From NCBI RefSeq assembly GCF_009914755.1, contig NC_060930.1: DNA of 64,000 bases. One strand, given 5' to 3'. The notes below the pieces were generated by a model that was given only the letters and a program-made list of their open reading frames with translations, did not search any database and was not told where the DNA came from. Below, in pieces: positions 14,365 through 27,177 of the stretch. How positions within the stretch are numbered: the first letter of the stretch is position 1; the number at the start of each line of letters is the position of its first letter. The DNA is from the human T2T-CHM13v2.0 reference genome, Homo sapiens. A program made the translations under genes and the position numbers.

Positions 14365-14832
14365 ATTCCACCCCTGGCCCCCCAAATCCCATGTCCTTCT
14401 CACATTTCAAAAGACAATCATGCCTTCACAATAGTCCCCCAAAGTCTTAACCTGTTTCAGCATTAACTCAAAAGTTTCAAGTCCGAAGTCTCAATTGGAG
14501 ATAAGTTCCTTCTACCTATGAGCCTGTGAGTTCAAAAACAAGTCATTTACTCCCAAGATATAATGATGGTGTAGGGATTGGGTATCATTCCCATTCCAAA
14601 AGGGGAAAATTGGCCAAAAGAAAGGGACAATAAGCCCCACACAAGTCTGAAACCCAAGAGGGCAGTCATTAAATCTTAAAGCTCCAAAACCATCTCTTTT
14701 GACTCCATGTCCTGCAACCTGGTGCAAGAGGTAGGCTCTGCCCCTAGGGCATTCCAGGCTGCAGTCCCCTGTAGCTGCGCTCATGGGTTGGAGTCTGGCG
14801 CCTATGGCTCTTCCACACTGAGGTGGAAGCTC
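14365..14832 (-). mobile_element. MST internal region (3' end, truncated)
   Basis: ttccacccctggcc (polypurine tract on the minus strand) abuts the LTR; MaLR-int sequence follows; ORF 14512..14955(-) is MaLR-int derived. Confidence 0.88.
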
Positions 14833-16138
14833 CCAGCTCTTTGATTCAGTAAGAAGAGTATTAAGAGAAAGTGTGCTGAGATGAAGAACAGGGGTTCTTA
14901 GATGGATGTCCTCTGGGAGGAGAGTCTGACAGCCCTTCAGAGCTGGATAATCCATCCAAAACAGGTAGTGAGGTCCATGAGACCAACAGAAACAGACAAC
15001 TAATCAGGAGCTTGAAATAAGGGATAAGGTCTTTACGTTGAAAAGGAGATTGGCCAAGGAGAGAAGCAGGAGATGTCAGACCAAGCAACAGACTTTCTCC
15101 AGGAGCCTGGGGAAGATGCTCATGCAAGTGAAGCAGAGCTGGATGAGCTTAAAATATGGGCTACTTTAAGGAGAAGGACACTGGAGAAATACTTAACTGT
15201 TTTTACATACACTCATTGGACATATAACATAATGATGACAAATCTACAAAGCGACTCTTGTATTAATAGTATTGCATTAGTAGATTATCATTCGTACAAT
15301 AGATGATGTTAATGCATGTCCTTGACTAAAGACCCTCTGCTAATCAGGCTACTGTAAGAAATTCCCATTCAAATTACAATAGCTATTATTATTATTTCTC
15401 TCACTATAGTCTTGACATATTGTCTTAAAGTGGGCATGTATTTTAAGTTGTTGAAATTACAACAGTCTCAGGGTAGAAGTACTGTCTTCTGAATCAATGC
15501 CAGATTCCCATAAAATGCATCGCCAGCACCATAAGATTTTAGTATCCTATATGCGTTCTCCTCTAAGTTTGCCAAAATGATGATAATGATTATCATCATC
15601 TGCTCTCAATCGTGTATCTTTTCAGGGCAGCTTCTCTCATGAGAAGCTCATGGTGGTCTGCTGGGAACCGTTGCTCCAACCCTCTGCCCCACATCATGAA
15701 GAAATTGCTTAGCTGGAAAAAGAGCATAACAAAATGGAGGTTTCGAGGGCTTATCATTTCTGTTGGGTGGCCTCATCATTCACAACTGCCTGAGAAAGTG
15801 CAGACAAGAGAACAGGAAAAGGCCACCCATACTGAAGGGAGAGCAGATCTTGGGGCTGATATTTCTTACTTGCTTCACACGGCTCTTGGCTTTCTCTTGA
15901 CGTGCTTTCAATCTCAGGTCATACTTTAGAGAAGCCATTCCCTGCTCCCTTGCCTCATCAAATGCTGCCTTTCCTAGCCCAAGTATGATGTCTGATCTCT
16001 AAGCTTTGCCTCTCAGGTCTGGCTGCCCCTTCCCCAGGTCCTCTGATCCTACTTTCTCCTTTCTTGCTTCTTTGCAGTTGTGTTTCTCTGCTTTTCTGGC
16101 ACCAAATCATCAAAGTACATTCAATGGTATAAGCACAG

Positions 16139-16228
16139 TAAGAACATTTGTACGTCTTCTTCTTGTACCTCCAGATCTATCTCTAAGAACATTTGTACAC
16201 CCTCTTCTTGCACCTCCACATCTATCTG
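16139..16228. repeat. Two-copy 45-bp tandem duplication (39/45 identical)
   Basis: taagaacatttgtacgtcttcttcttgtacctccagatctatctc / taagaacatttgtacaccctcttcttgcacctccacatctatctg. Confidence 0.95.
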
Positions 16229-17495
16229 ACTCCAGACAGCCTTTACTTTATTACTCAATACAGCATATCCTAGTATGCGATTTCCAAGCAGACATTCACC
16301 CAAGCAGACTGGCTCAACCCACTCTCCTATTTTTGTATTTGCCAACATCTACTAGATGGTTTTAAATAAAAATTACATTCCCCTGAAGGCCCTTCAATTC
16401 ATGACAAGTATAAAAGTACAAATTTACCATCAGAGAATTACTTTCAGGGATAAAGACCCAAGTCAAGCCATAAACCATTTCTACATTGCTTGTGTAGACA
16501 ATAAGCTCAGGCTTTTGGCCATAAACCCATCAACAAGAGGGGAGACAGAAGAACAGGGAATGGTTACTGCCTTTGGGGACCTTAGTGAGTGTAGGGAAAG
16601 ACCCAGAGAAAGAGCAGTGCATTGAACCAGCCAGAGTAACTCACTCTGGAAGTCTTTACAGAAGTCAAACACCTACTGGATACCCAGAGACTACATGTTG
16701 AGGCTGGGAAGAGGAGTCACATGAAGAAAATTATTCCTATGACCTCACTAAAGGAGAAATCAGAAAACAGTGGGAAGATTAAGCGAGTTCAACCTTCAGA
16801 AGTGGGCACAAGATCTTTGAGGCTTTCCTTCATGATTTCAGAAGGAATTTAAAACTACAAAGGATCCAGACAACATGGACTTTGTAAGATGCTGGACCAT
16901 CTACTGCTTCTCATCATCGCCATTTTTGTGATGCTCTGTTTTCCCCTTGCGATTAGCAGTAAAAGCCTTAAAGACAAAAAGGTGTTTTGTGTTTGTCTTC
17001 AGAGGGTGTTAAGGAAACCAACCCCAAAGGACAGTGGCAGCTTCTGAGGGAGAGGGAAGTGTGTTGATTTTCTAGAGCCTGTTGCAGAAGGGGGAAAAAA
17101 AGACCTTGGGGATTGGAGTAGGAGTTTAGGAGAAGGCCCAGAGCTGCAACAGAAAATACATTACGGCATTCCTCCAAAATTGGCAACAAAACACGTGACT
17201 CTGCAACATGTCTTACACCATAGCACGAATAGTGCCACTTTCCCCTGGTTCTTGCAGCTCCTCCAGCAAGAAACTGCTTTTAGCTGGTGCACTTAAAGCC
17301 AGTTGGTGGCATAAAAATGCCACCAAGGCCCACTCTTCCCAGTCGTTGACTACATTCTGCTGGTAAAGTTAGAAAACTACCAAAATGTGCCTTAAACCCA
17401 AGAATACTTGGTGATCTGTCCAAGGCCAAAATAAACTCCTCATCTTCTTCTTCATTAAAAATTCACTGACTGTATATACTGAGGGTCCAGCTCAG

Positions 17496-17497
<2 letters not shown>

Positions 17498-17538
<41 letters not shown>
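17498..17538. repeat. (CA)n microsatellite, about 20 units
   Basis: Direct reading. Confidence 0.97.
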
Positions 17539-17540
<2 letters not shown>

Positions 17541-17554
17541 GGCTATTCTAATTG

Positions 17555-17735
17555 AGCAGTTGCATGGTATAATGGTTAGGAGCACTGGTTTTAGAACCAA
17601 TCTGTCAGTATTCAAATCCTGCCTCTGCTACTTATTGGCTCTATGATGTTGGATTGGTTACTTAATCTCTCTGTAACTCAGTTTCCTCATCCATATAGTG
17701 GGGATAGGATTAGTGCCTTTCTCATGGGTTTGTTT
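17555..17735 (+). mobile_element. MIR SINE
   Basis: tggttaggagcact...ttcaaatcctgcctctgctactta...ctcagtttcctcatc. Confidence 0.85.
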
Positions 17736-17874
17736 TTCCAAGAAGAGGTACAGCTTCATCTGAGCTTGAGGAAGAGAAGAGCAGAAGAGAAAGAGAGAAA
17801 GACATGGTTCACTCTAGGCAGAGGATTCAGCCAAAGATACAGTAAAGCCAGGGGTAGAAAATTGAGAGACTCCT

Positions 17875-18201
<327 letters not shown>

Positions 18202-18492
18202 TCAATACTGACCACAGGAAGCACTGGCTGTGGAAATTACCTGCATCCCTAAAACTGGGCTTGAAGATTCCTTCTTTACAGGACCCAGTGTGGCTCACAA
18301 ACTGAAGAGGAAAACTCACACACAGAAGAATGATGAACATCTTTGTGCTTGGAGTCCCATTACTCACCAAGTGCTCACTGAACACCCATGTGAGATGGCT
18401 AAATGCAGGACAATTAAAAGGGACAGTCTTGGTTCAAATCTTGTTCTGCCAAAGACTTAACCTCACTGTGCCAACTCTGTTCCCTTGGAGAC

Positions 18493-19040
18493 TGTAATGG
18501 TTAATACTGAGCATCAACTTGATTGGATTGAAGGATGCGAAGTATTGTTCCTGGGTGTGTCTGTGAGGGTGTGACCAAAGGAGATTAACATTTGAGTCAG
18601 TGAAATGGGAGAGGCAGATCCACCCTCAATCTGAGTGGTTATCATCTAATCAGCTGCCAGCTTGGCTAGAATAAAGCAAGCAGAAGATGGAAGAGCAGAC
18701 TTGCTGAGTCTTCTGGCCTTCACCTTTCTCCTGTGCTGGATGCTTCCTGCCTATGAACATTGGACTCCAAGTTCTTCAGTTTTTGGACTGTTGGACTTAC
18801 ACCAGTGGCTGGCCAGGGGCTCTCAGGCCTTTGGCCATAGACTGAAGGCTGCACTGTCGGTTTCCCTACTTTTGAGGTTTTGGGACTCGGACTGATCCAC
18901 CACTGGCTTCTGAGCTTGCAGACAGTCTATCGTGGGACTTGACCTTGTGATCATGTGAGTAAATACTCCTTAATAAACTCCCCCTCATATATACATCTAT
19001 CCTATTAGTTCCGTCCCTCTAGAGAACCTTGCCTAATACA
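18493..19040 (+). mobile_element. MLT2A (MLT2A2-like) HERVL solo LTR
   Basis: tgtaatggttaatactgag...caacttgattggattgaaggatg...ctaataca; perfect 5-bp TSD gagac (18488-18492, 19041-19045). Confidence 0.93.
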
Positions 19041-22000
19041 GAGACCTACGTGATTCTGCTACAATACGATGCAGACCCAATGCTCAAACATATAGTTATT
19101 TATAGCTTCTCAAAGAAACTACACTCTCCTGCACTTTGCATTAGTGAGAGCTGTAGTGGAGCTGGAATTGGAATCCAGGTCCATCCGATGGCACAGTCTG
19201 TGGTCTTACACACCATGTTACAGTGCTGAGTGAATCACAGATGGTCAATGCATCCATCTCAACTCATCACACTTTCTTCCCTAAAACCTGGGAATGTGTC
19301 TCATACACTCCCCGAACTCCAGTCTGCACCAGCAAATTGCAGGCCAGTTTCCCAAAGGACCAGAAACTGCTCCCAACATCTCGAGGAGAGGCTGGTAATT
19401 GTGTACAGAAACTCTATTGCTCTCACACACACAATTATCCAGTTTTCACATGCAAATATCAATCTGTACATGGGTTTCTCTGGTAAATGTCAACTTCATA
19501 GGTGCAATCCAGGTGCCCACATTTGAGAATGTGGCATAGAGAGGGACACTCAAGCTCTGAGTCAGTTATGGACTGGGATCGTTATTATAATTAGTCCCAA
19601 TGGATATGTCTGTCATTCAGTAACAATGGTGGATGATTCGGCCTCATTCCCTCATCTCTCTACCCCCCCTTTCCCCACTCACCCCTTTTATAAGAAAAGT
19701 CAGCCATGTCTTGCTTAACTGTCCTCCCCACCCCCACCCCGTCTTTAAGATGAAAAGCCCAGATGTGGGTGACCCATCTGTAGTGTGTGTCACGTTTTTA
19801 GCATCTTCTTTATTTAGAGCTGGGAGAAAGGGACTCATTAGAGAGAGGAAGTCCACAATGAAATTAGGAAACATTTGATCAGACCATTGTCCCAACACAA
19901 TATGTGCAATGAGGGAAACGCTGGAGTTGGCTGCAAACCCTGAATGTGTGTTTCAGCCTCAATGGCTTGCTCATCACTGACTTCCCCAGTGCTGACCAGA
20001 AAAGGGAGCCTGACATCTCCATAGGTAGAAGCCGAGCTTCTGGAAGTGGGGAGTGTCAGTAGGGTAGGAAATTTCTCTTTCCTCTTGTAGTTTCACTCTG
20101 CAGTGGAAGCAGGACTTCGAAGTCAATGGCAATTAGGACACCCTGGACCTTCTCCAGCCTCAGTCCTTCCTTGTTGCCTCAGCAGAAGCCTCTACACTGA
20201 CCTGGTGGTGAGGAATGTCTTCTCCCAAAGCATCTAGCCCTGGGAAGCAGGTCTTTCTCTCAGCTTCCTGCTGCATGAAGGGCAGAGGTTTGCTACCAGG
20301 AACCAATGCCAAGGGTTCAATGCATGAAAACCACTCTTGGCCTTCAGTTCTGTTTCTGGTAACTCAACTCTTTTATGAAGTAGAGCAGAGGTCAGAAATA
20401 TATAGGTTCCCAAACACAGGCACTGATGGTGCATTTCGAGCTCTGGAGAAATCACTTGGCTACAAGGACGTCCAATTATATCTTTAAATATGTGATCTGC
20501 ATTGCATCAAAATCAGCCCAATAAATATTATACCAGCAGAAATTAAGCCTCCAAAGCCCAGGCTGGAGCCCTGATTTAAGAAAGAAAAGGCGGATTTTAC
20601 AGAATAAAGATGCAACTCTAGCCCTGGCTTGGTTATTGGCTCTCGGCAATTAGAACATTTAGCCTCACTTGTAACAGAATTCAGAGTTCTCTTACCTTTC
20701 AGAAAGCTGTTGTGGAAGTATAATACAAGGACAGTTCTTAAAGAAATCTGGAAAACTAAAGCATCATATGAAAGTAAAGTGTGAGTTTTATTGCTGTCAG
20801 GCCTCACAGCAAATCCTCTGCCATTTGTTGGGTTAGAATTCATTCCCCATCTGGTATTAAATGCATTGTCTCTTCATCTTCTTAAGTGGCATAAGAGATT
20901 TGCCATTCTCAAAAGACATGGAAAATCCATTTCTTGGCCCAAGTTACAGAGCACAGTTAGGATTGAGCTCACGAACTCAAATAGAAGCAGTTGACTAAAC
21001 AGTTTAATCCAATTCAGCATTAATGGATACCAGCTTAGCATCTGGCACATAATAGGTACTCACTATGTACTAGCCGAATTAATTAACTAATTTAAAAGTA
21101 CATAAAGAAAAATCCTATTAAAAATGAAGCCAAAATTACTTATCAAATACTTAATGTCAATGAATACCTCGTATGTACACACATCTGGTTTTCAATTTTT
21201 ACCTAATACATAAATTGAGTCAGAATTCCCTTATTCATAAGTCAGTTATCCAGCACCTTTCTCTATGTAGAATGTTGGTTAGCAAGCAATTAACAAATAA
21301 AGATCATGGTACTATTTAATCTTATTTCACTCACAATTCCAACAAGTTTATCTCCCAAACATCAATTAAAAGAAGAGAGAGGAGATAATATACAGAAGCA
21401 TGAAGAAATTAGTGAAAGTGACAATGGAAAATATAGAAACCAAATGATGTGTCAGGAAAATTGGAAACACACATGTAAGAATTATGAGTCTGGGGTAAAT
21501 AACCCCATAGATCTCCATAAGCCTTGGGGACATCATTGTATTGAGTTACTTTTGAAAATGTAGTATTCGAATCCAAGGTTTTTTTAATTATTGCATTAGT
21601 CATGATAACATTGAAAATAACTTAACCTTTTCTTAATAACTCACCATACTTTGTTTAAAAGGCAGAAAATGTCTGTGATATATTTTAGTGGATCCATGTG
21701 TTAAACATAGAGGCTGCATGAGGGATAGTTATAAAAGTATCTTTATTTTCATTTTCTGCTATCCCTTTAAACCTGTTCTGTGGAAGTAATGATTTCACTG
21801 CCTCTTAGTGAAAATTCAAGAACTCTTCATGAGTTTTCTAATTCTCATAGGCAAAGTCTTATAAGTCATGAGCCAGGTACGAGTTCCTTGCGCCTTTGGC
21901 CTACAGAGGTCTTTTATCAACTCTAAGCAGTCTGGTGTGGAGGCTGTTCCCTTATTTGCGGTGGGGGGATTGCTTTTCTAACATTCAAATGCCTCACTCT

Positions 22001-22702
22001 AACATCCCCCTTCTTAACCTCAGCCTAGGTGAGGAATGTTGGAGGATAGGCACAGAAGCTGTGCGGTTTCAGGAGAGTTTCTTTCAAAATTTCCGACTTG
22101 ATGTCCTGTCTCTCACCTCACTTTGCTATCTGACATCTCTTATATCTTGTTGCCTCAGTCAGTCCAAACTCCTAATTTAACACTGGATTACATTAGAAAC
22201 TTTCCACCTAGAATAACGTAAATTGGGAAAGGGAGTTAGATTTTTAATGGGATAACCATTCAACATGCATAGTTACTCATTCACCAAGGGGTTTTTGATG
22301 GCTTAAAAAAAAAAACACCTATATTTGGAAACATCTGGATTTTTGAGAAGATGTTTCCAATTTAAATCCAGATGTTTGTGATCTTGTAAGTAGCCAAAAG
22401 TTGGAAAAGTAAATTACAGTACAGTAGAAGAGCCCTGTTTTTGCTATTATTATTTAGATGTAATCTGACTGCATATGAAATTATATATCGGAATTCTAGA
22501 TCTAAGTCTAGAGTTGGACACTGAACTTCTCTGTACCTGGAGAAAGCTCCTTATGCCTCTGAATTCATTTTCTTCATAACCAATAAAGAGATTTATGTTC
22601 TGTATTCTGAGAATCCAATAATATAGGTAGCTATTGCAATTGTGAAAAATGTTTTGTTCTGAATACCAACAATAGAAAAGTGCAATTTATACCAAAGAAC
22701 TT

Positions 22703-23264
22703 ATGTTGGTTTTGCAACATGTTAAAAAATTATTTGATACTCCTCCTTTCAAAAAGTAGAGTCTAATTCTTCTTCCTTTAAGTATGGGCTGTACTTAGTA
22801 AACTTGCTTCTAGCAAACAGAATATAGAAGAAGGCATGGTATTTGACCTCATGATTAAGACATAAAAGGCATTGAGGCTTCTTCCTTATTCTTTCTTAGA
22901 TCAGTCCCTGTGGGAGACGCCGGTTGCCATGTTGCGAAGATACTCAAGCAATCCTATGGAGAGGTACACATTGTGAAACACCGAGGCCTCCTGCCAATAG
23001 CCAGCATGGAGCTGGGGTTTCCTGCTAACCACTAAACAAGAGTGACTCATCTTGGGGGCAGGCTCTTCAGCCCCAGTTAAACCTTCAGATGATCAAAACC
23101 CCTGTTAATAGCATGGCTGAAAACTCATAAGAGATTCCAAACAAGAACCACTCAGCTGAACCTCTTTTATGTACCTGACCCACAAAAACCACACACTGAC
23201 AAAGGTCTGTTGTTTTAACTAAGTATTAGAGTAATCTGTTGTGCAACAATAGATAATTAATACA
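22703..23264 (+). mobile_element. MLT1F/G-type MaLR LTR
   Basis: gaggcctcctgccaatagccagc...ccccagttaaaccttcagatga...aatagataattaataca. Confidence 0.85.
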
Positions 23265-23769
23265 GAGTTGGTCAGATTTTCTAATCTGTCTATTATGAGA
23301 ATCAGCAATACTCATGAAACCAGTGATAAACGCACACACACACACCCCTACTCACTTTTTTTAATTGAAAGAATAACATTTTCAGATTTTACCATTGAAG
23401 TTCTACTTTAGAAACAATGCCTGAATCTGACCCTTTTAAATAAATAACTTGTCAAAGGTGCTGTTTATATGCAACAAATTCATGTGCTAACTAAAATTAT
23501 TTTAAATGGGTGGTATAAGCACAGATTTGCATTACTCTACACTGTGCTATGTACATGACTGTCACTAATAAACTTCTTGACACTGCATCTAAAGTTACTT
23601 CTAGATGCTTCTTGCATTGGCTCCTTTTTATAAGGACATCAATTTCCTTTTTGTTTGGGATCTTACGTTCAAAAAGGGAAGTAGACGCATGTTTATTATG
23701 AAGAGGAAACCTATCTTTTGTGAGAGTGAAATTTAAAAAATCACACTGAGGACGTTAAATAATGCTTGT

Positions 23770-23900
23770 GCAGCAAAGATCATAATGACAGCATGCATCT
23801 GTGGAGAGTTTACAAGCACACATACTTACTTAAGCCTCCTAGCAGTCCTATAAAGTAGGCATTATTTTTCCCATTTTAAACAGGCAAAAACGATTAATGT
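23770..23900 (-). mobile_element. MIR fragment
   Basis: agcagtcctataaagtaggcattatttttcccattttaaacagg. Confidence 0.6.
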
Positions 23901-25129
23901 GAGAATTGTCCAGGACTTACCACCACTTCCAGACCACCAAAGGTAATCCTCTCAGTGCAAGCCCAAATTCTCCTTTTTCTTTTCTCCTAACGATGTAGAA
24001 TCCTTTCTGGAAAGGGACACAGGTTGAAATGCTAAGGTAGGCAAGTTGGAGTATAATAAAGTCTCATCAACTACAGTTAGGAGGGTGTTAAGGAGAGAGA
24101 GAGATATGAAAGCAACAGTGGGGTATGAGGGAAGAGAAATTTAATGTGTTCTATGGGCGATTTATTTGCATCTCCTTTAATTTCATTTGTGAGATGTGAG
24201 AAATTAATAGAATCTGTTTTAATTATTTTTGCCTGTTGAACTGTGCTTTTTCAACATATGACTTTAAAGCTTTTGGATTTTAAGGTGGCACATTTGAGAA
24301 TGTTAAGGTTCAGAAAGTAGAAATGAGCTTCCCAAGAATCCAGATTTTCTAACTGAAGTGTTTTTTCCACTTTGTCCCTTAGCCTCCTTGTTCATCTATT
24401 CATGCAACAAATAGTAACTGGTCACATAATGGACTCAGGGCCTTATCCTAGGCCTTGAGAAAATAACTTAGCTTAAAGGTACAAAAACTCTCATTTCGAA
24501 ACTTAGCAAAAGAATTACAGACCTGAATTCAGTCACCTTTGGGTCAGATTATTCCCATGCTTGGGATAAACAACTGGGTGGGCTCTTTAATTACCCAAAT
24601 GCAAAGCAAACACCCACCGTTATTCAGAGCCAAAGCTGTGAAGTGACAGTAATGCTGTTTTAGAATGAGAACAAAAGCCTTCTCGAATTGTAAATTTTTA
24701 CCTGTGGTTGAGCCAAAGCTTTTGGTAATTTTTTGTTGTTGTTGTTGTCATCCTGCTTATCTTTCTAGAGAATGTGTGGCAAGACTATGCCTTTTCTCTA
24801 TGTAGATCTAGGGTACCCTGTACCAGTAAACCTTTGTTTCTCTTGAAGAGAGACAGACATTCAGGAGTCATCCTAACTTTAGGATAAAAGGAGAACTGTA
24901 AACAGGGCTCTTTGTGGTTCAGGCTGTACTAGGATGTGGGTGTCCTGCACACTGCGTTATTTAAGAACAAATAAAATACCCCTTGGGAAATCTATTAATG
25001 TTAGAATACTGTGTTCTAATGTGCTTACCCTGTTGAGGTTATTTCCACTGTCTTGGATGGCGAAATGTGGACATGGGAAATAACCTCAGGCTGGGCTGAA
25101 GAGGAAACCAGTGAGCATTACTCTCCTTA

Positions 25130-26010
25130 TTCAGGCTTCCTGCATTCCGCTTGACTACTCACCCCATCTTGAAATTCTCTCCCCTCTTGGGTTCTAAGTT
25201 GCTGCTGTTTTTTGGTTTTCCTCCTATATCGCTTGATGCTCTTGTTCAAACTTCTTTTCCAACCTTCATTCTCCACCCAAGTTCACTTCTCTCAGGACCT
25301 GGTTGTGGATCTTTCTCTCTTCTATAGCCTCACTCTCTCCCTGCTATCTTATCCATTGTCGGGGCTCTAAATACCATCTATATTTTGATGATGCCCAAAT
25401 TTATATCTCTGGCCCTCATTTTTTCCTTGAACTCAATACCTGCATGTCCAACTGCCTTCTTGGCATGGCCACTTGACTACCCAATAGGTCTCTCAAATTA
25501 AACACCAAAGAGGAACTCTTGATTTGTCCCAAACTCTATTCCTCCACCAATATTCCCCTTCTAAGGAAATGGTGCCTTTAACCTCTCATTTGCTCAACTA
25601 AACGCTGGAAGTCAAATGAATTCCTTCCTTTTCTTCCTCATTCGTAACAGATCAGGAAGTTGCATTGGTTTTATCTCCAATACACATCCACTTCTTCTCG
25701 TCTCTGCTTCTAACACCATTGTATAAGCTACCATTATATTGCCTGGGCTGTTGCAATAGCCTATGGGTGTCTCTACTTATTATATTGGTGGATTACTCCA
25801 CTATGTTTTCAGCAGTTGGAGTAAACTTTTAAATCAGTTTTATCAAATCATGGCCTCTTTTACTTAATATCTCCTGCTGCCTTAGGAATAAAAACCAAAC
25901 TCCTCACCATGTCCACAAGCTTCTGCATAATCTAGTGCCCACCTCACTTCCCAAACTCGTTCCATTTCATCCCACTCTCCCCCACTCCTGCCAGAATGTC
26001 TTCTTTTGGG
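25130..26010 (+). mobile_element. L2 LINE, RT domain to 3' region
   Basis: 25372 onward reads YHLYFDDAQIYIS (decayed L2 YADD motif); tccaactgcc...ccacttga...tctcaaattaaac; aaaaccaaactcctcacc. Confidence 0.85.
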
Positions 26011-26349
26011 TGAAGGAAAGCCACACCACCTTACCTCCGGTGCCAGAACAGTGATGGCAACACCATTCCAAGGGAAGTGGGTAGTCCTGGACCTGTTGGG
26101 AGACAGCAGCAGGAACTCAATGTGGATTCTGAGGAAGGAGAGGTGGGGAGGTGGAGGGGGGTCCCCAGCACAGGCTTAACCTCAACCGAGCTCCATGAAC
26201 ATGAGACGCCATGAGATGCTCCAAGAGCAGTAGAGAGGCCAGTCGACACCAGGGGCTGATTGAGGCTGCTACCAATGACATGGGGCTCCTACCCATTACA
26301 ATCTGCAGTATTAATGGAAATGTGACCTCATCACTGGGTGACAAGTACC

Positions 26350-26520
26350 TAAGACATACCAGTGCTTTTCACCAATGAATTCAAGAGCCTCTACCCTCAA
26401 GGACTTTCCAGTATAATAAAAGAGGCAGACAGATAAATAATTACAATACAGTATGAGAAGTGCTCTCACAAAAATAGCTGCTAAGAGGAAAGATGGCACA
26501 AAGGTATCGTAGAGTAATAC
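26350..26520 (-). mobile_element. L2 fragment
   Basis: ctctaccctcaagg...gacagataaataattacaatacagtatgagaagtgct. Confidence 0.6.
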
Positions 26521-26736
26521 TCACTAGAAGGTGGCACTAAGCAGACAGGGCTATGGAGGATTCTTCCCCTGTGGCTGAAAGCATGAACCCATTTGGGTTT
26601 CTCCCAAGAAAATTTCCAGGTGATCAAATTTTAGATTTTAGTATTTTCAGAAAAATTAAGACTAGTACTATGGGTAGAGAAATGAAGGAGACCATCTTTA
26701 CCAGATGGTGCTTTTGACTTCAGAGTGCCATGAACG

Positions 26737-27177
26737 TGTTAAAGTTCTAAATTTCTTTTCAAGAATCATTATGTCAGTATGTTCAATTCTTTGCCTTCTA
26801 CTTTTAAACTTAACTTCCTCATAAAGCAACCTTTTTCGATTACCTGCTCCACCCTGACTCATTCTGATTACCTGCTGTGTCATAACCGTTTTTCCCGCCA
26901 AACCACTCACCCCGTCACTCTCTTTAAATTAGTCAATCGGAATTAGTTTAGCCTGTGTGGTCTAACCCTAGCCAATAGGGGAACGACACAGAAGCAGAGG
27001 TCAATTGCATCAGGGATAAGAAACCCTTCCTCTCCTTTATCCAAGTGTGTGCTCACCATTGCTCCATCTGTAAGAGCGCACCCTTCTATAGAAGTAACTT
27101 GCCTTGCTGAGAATTAAAAAGAAAATTTTATATTCAAGTGCTATTTCTTTTGTAGCACCGAAACTTTATTTATAACA
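26737..27177 (+). mobile_element. LTR10 (LTR10F/A-type, HERVIP10) solo LTR
   Basis: tgtt...gttctaaatttc...cgattacctgctccaccctgactcattc...ttataaca; AP-1 site TGACTCA at 26855-26861. Confidence 0.9.

Noticed and set aside
17471-17503. Short hairpin tatactgag...ctcagtata next to (CA)n
   Set aside because: 9-bp stem partly made of low-complexity sequence; within chance expectation.
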